A stretch of DNA of 64,000 bases from positions 1,888,001 to 1,952,000 of the forward strand of contig CAVZYA010000001.1 of the NCBI GenBank assembly GCA_963779415.1, read 5' to 3'. Shown piece by piece: positions 62,714 through 64,000 of the stretch. Origin of the DNA: an uncultured Acidobacteriota bacterium. Its GTDB lineage: Bacteria > Acidobacteriota > Thermoanaerobaculia > UBA5066. The notes under the pieces are model-generated. The model worked only from the letters and a program-made list of their open reading frames with translations, did not search any database and was not told the DNA's origin. The position numbers were made by a program, and so were the translations under genes. Each line of letters opens with the position of its first letter. The stretch's first letter is position 1.

Positions 62714-63808
62714 ATGGTGAAGAAGGCCGGAGCTCTCCTGATTCTCATTTCCGCCGCGGCGCTCTCCGCGGGCTCGCGCTTCCGGACCCCCGACTCCGCG
62801 ACGCCGCTCTCATTCCCGCGCGACCACGGATCTCACGACGACGCCCGTGTCGAGTGGTGGTACGTGACGGGGCACCTCATGACGGACTCGGGTCGACGCC
62901 TCGGGTATCAGCTCACGTTCTTCCGGACCGGCCTCCTCGACGAGCCTCGCGCGGAACGAACCTCGCGACTCGCTGCCCGCGACCTCTTCCTCGCCCACTT
63001 CGCCCTGACGGACGTCTCCGCCGGGACGTTCCGCTTCGCCGAACGGATCCACAGGTCGGGCCTCGGCGCCGCGGAGGCGCGCGAGGACCGCCTCGCCGTC
63101 GTGAACGAAGAGTGGTCGCTCGAGGAGATCGCCGGCCGCTTTCTCCTTCATGCCCGGGACGGGGACGACGGGATCTCGCTTCTCCTCGAACCGGAAAAGC
63201 CCCTCGTCCGTCACGGGACGAACGGGCTCTCCCGAAAAGGGGCCGAGCCGGAGGCCGTCAGCCGCTACGTCAGCTTCACCCGCCTCCGGACCTCCGGCTG
63301 GCTCTCCCGCGGCGACCGGAGCGAGGCGGTCACGGGCTCGTCCTGGCTCGACCACGAATGGGGCTCCGGCTCGATCGGAAAGGGCGCTCCCGGATGGGAC
63401 TGGTTCGCGATCCAGCTCGCGGACGGGCGCGACCTGATGCTCTACCGGATCCGGGCGAAGGAGGGGGCCGGATCGCCTTTCTCCTCCGGGACGCTCATCG
63501 GAAAGAACGGCACGCCTCGCGCCCTCTCCCCGGACGACTTCTCGATCGAGGCCACCGCGACCTGGAAGAGCCCGAGAAGCGGAGGCGTCTATCCCGCGCG
63601 CTGGAGGATCCGGGTGCCCGGAGCCGCTCTCGACCTCGACGTCGTCCCGCTCGTCTCCGACCAGGAGCTGGTCACCGAGAAGTCGACGCGGGTCACTTAC
63701 TGGGAAGGGGCGTGCGCCGTCTCGTCACCGGAGGGACGGCTTTCGGGACGCGCCTACGTCGAGCTGACGGGCTATGCAGGCGAAGGAGCGCTCGGGCTCT
63801 TTCGCTAG
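62714..63808 (+). CDS. Secreted AttH/CrtC-like lipocalin-fold protein
   Basis: FPRDHG, EWWYVTG, WLDHEW, GWDWF, YWEG, ELTGY. Confidence 0.88.
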   Translation: MVKKAGALLILISAAALSAGSRFRTPDSATPLSFPRDHGSHDDARVEWWYVTGHLMTDSGRRLGYQLTFFRTGLLDEPRAERTSRLAARDLFLAHFALTDVSAGTFRFAERIHRSGLGAAEAREDRLAVVNEEWSLEEIAGRFLLHARDGDDGISLLLEPEKPLVRHGTNGLSRKGAEPEAVSRYVSFTRLRTSGWLSRGDRSEAVTGSSWLDHEWGSGSIGKGAPGWDWFAIQLADGRDLMLYRIRAKEGAGSPFSSGTLIGKNGTPRALSPDDFSIEATATWKSPRSGGVYPARWRIRVPGAALDLDVVPLVSDQELVTEKSTRVTYWEGACAVSSPEGRLSGRAYVELTGYAGEGALGLFR

Positions 63809-63818
63809 ACTGCGCGGC

Positions 63819-64000
63819 ATGCGCCGCCATGCCGTTGCAGCCCTCGCCCTACTCCTCCTCGCCGCTTCGCCCGCGCTCGCGGACGAGACCCCGAAGAAGC
63901 GCCCGAAGATCGGCATCGCTTTCGCCGGCGGCGGGGCTCGCGGCGGGGCGCACGTCGGGGTCCTGAAGGTCCTCGAGGAGCTGCGGATCCCGGTCGACTA
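63819..64000 (+). CDS. Patatin-like phospholipase, 5' part (runs off the window)
   Basis: Signal peptide then IAFAGGGARGGAHVGVLKVLEELRIPVD. Confidence 0.85.
   Translation, partial: MRRHAVAALALLLLAASPALADETPKKRPKIGIAFAGGGARGGAHVGVLKVLEELRIPVD

Overview
High-GC bacterial chromosome segment. Acidobacteriota/Thermoanaerobaculia-like is my inference from the Cys-containing SLH repeats and gene content. About 1-26.1 kb is a visibly more A/T-rich, repeat-laden cell-surface locus. It holds wzt, glycan-tailoring enzymes (methyltransferase, GNAT, deacetylase, GT-C) and an array of secreted proteins built from a few reused modules: right-handed beta-helix, DUF4038/GH140-like hydrolase, an uncharacterised beta-rich domain, an Ig-like or Pro/Thr spacer, and a Cys-rich triple-SLH tail. 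Modules are near-identical at DNA level in direct and inverted orientation, one gene is a mosaic of its two neighbours, and unrelated spacers have the same length (~175 codons). I infer a recombination-driven surface-protein cassette system; no recombinase lies in the window. About 26.2-64 kb is core-like: ABC transporters, a class A beta-lactamase-like protein, AlgH, OsmC, M23, an Ntn acylase, a hidden UGA-containing ArsC-family selenoprotein, M20 peptidase, three YfhO/GT-C genes, GT2s, an L-Ara4N (arn) cluster with tandem arnT and a Fic gene, wzm/wzt, an ABC-permease-lipocalin unit and a partial patatin. Many frameshifts (dense at 4.9-10.2 kb) look like long-read errors. No rRNA, tRNA or CRISPR was seen.
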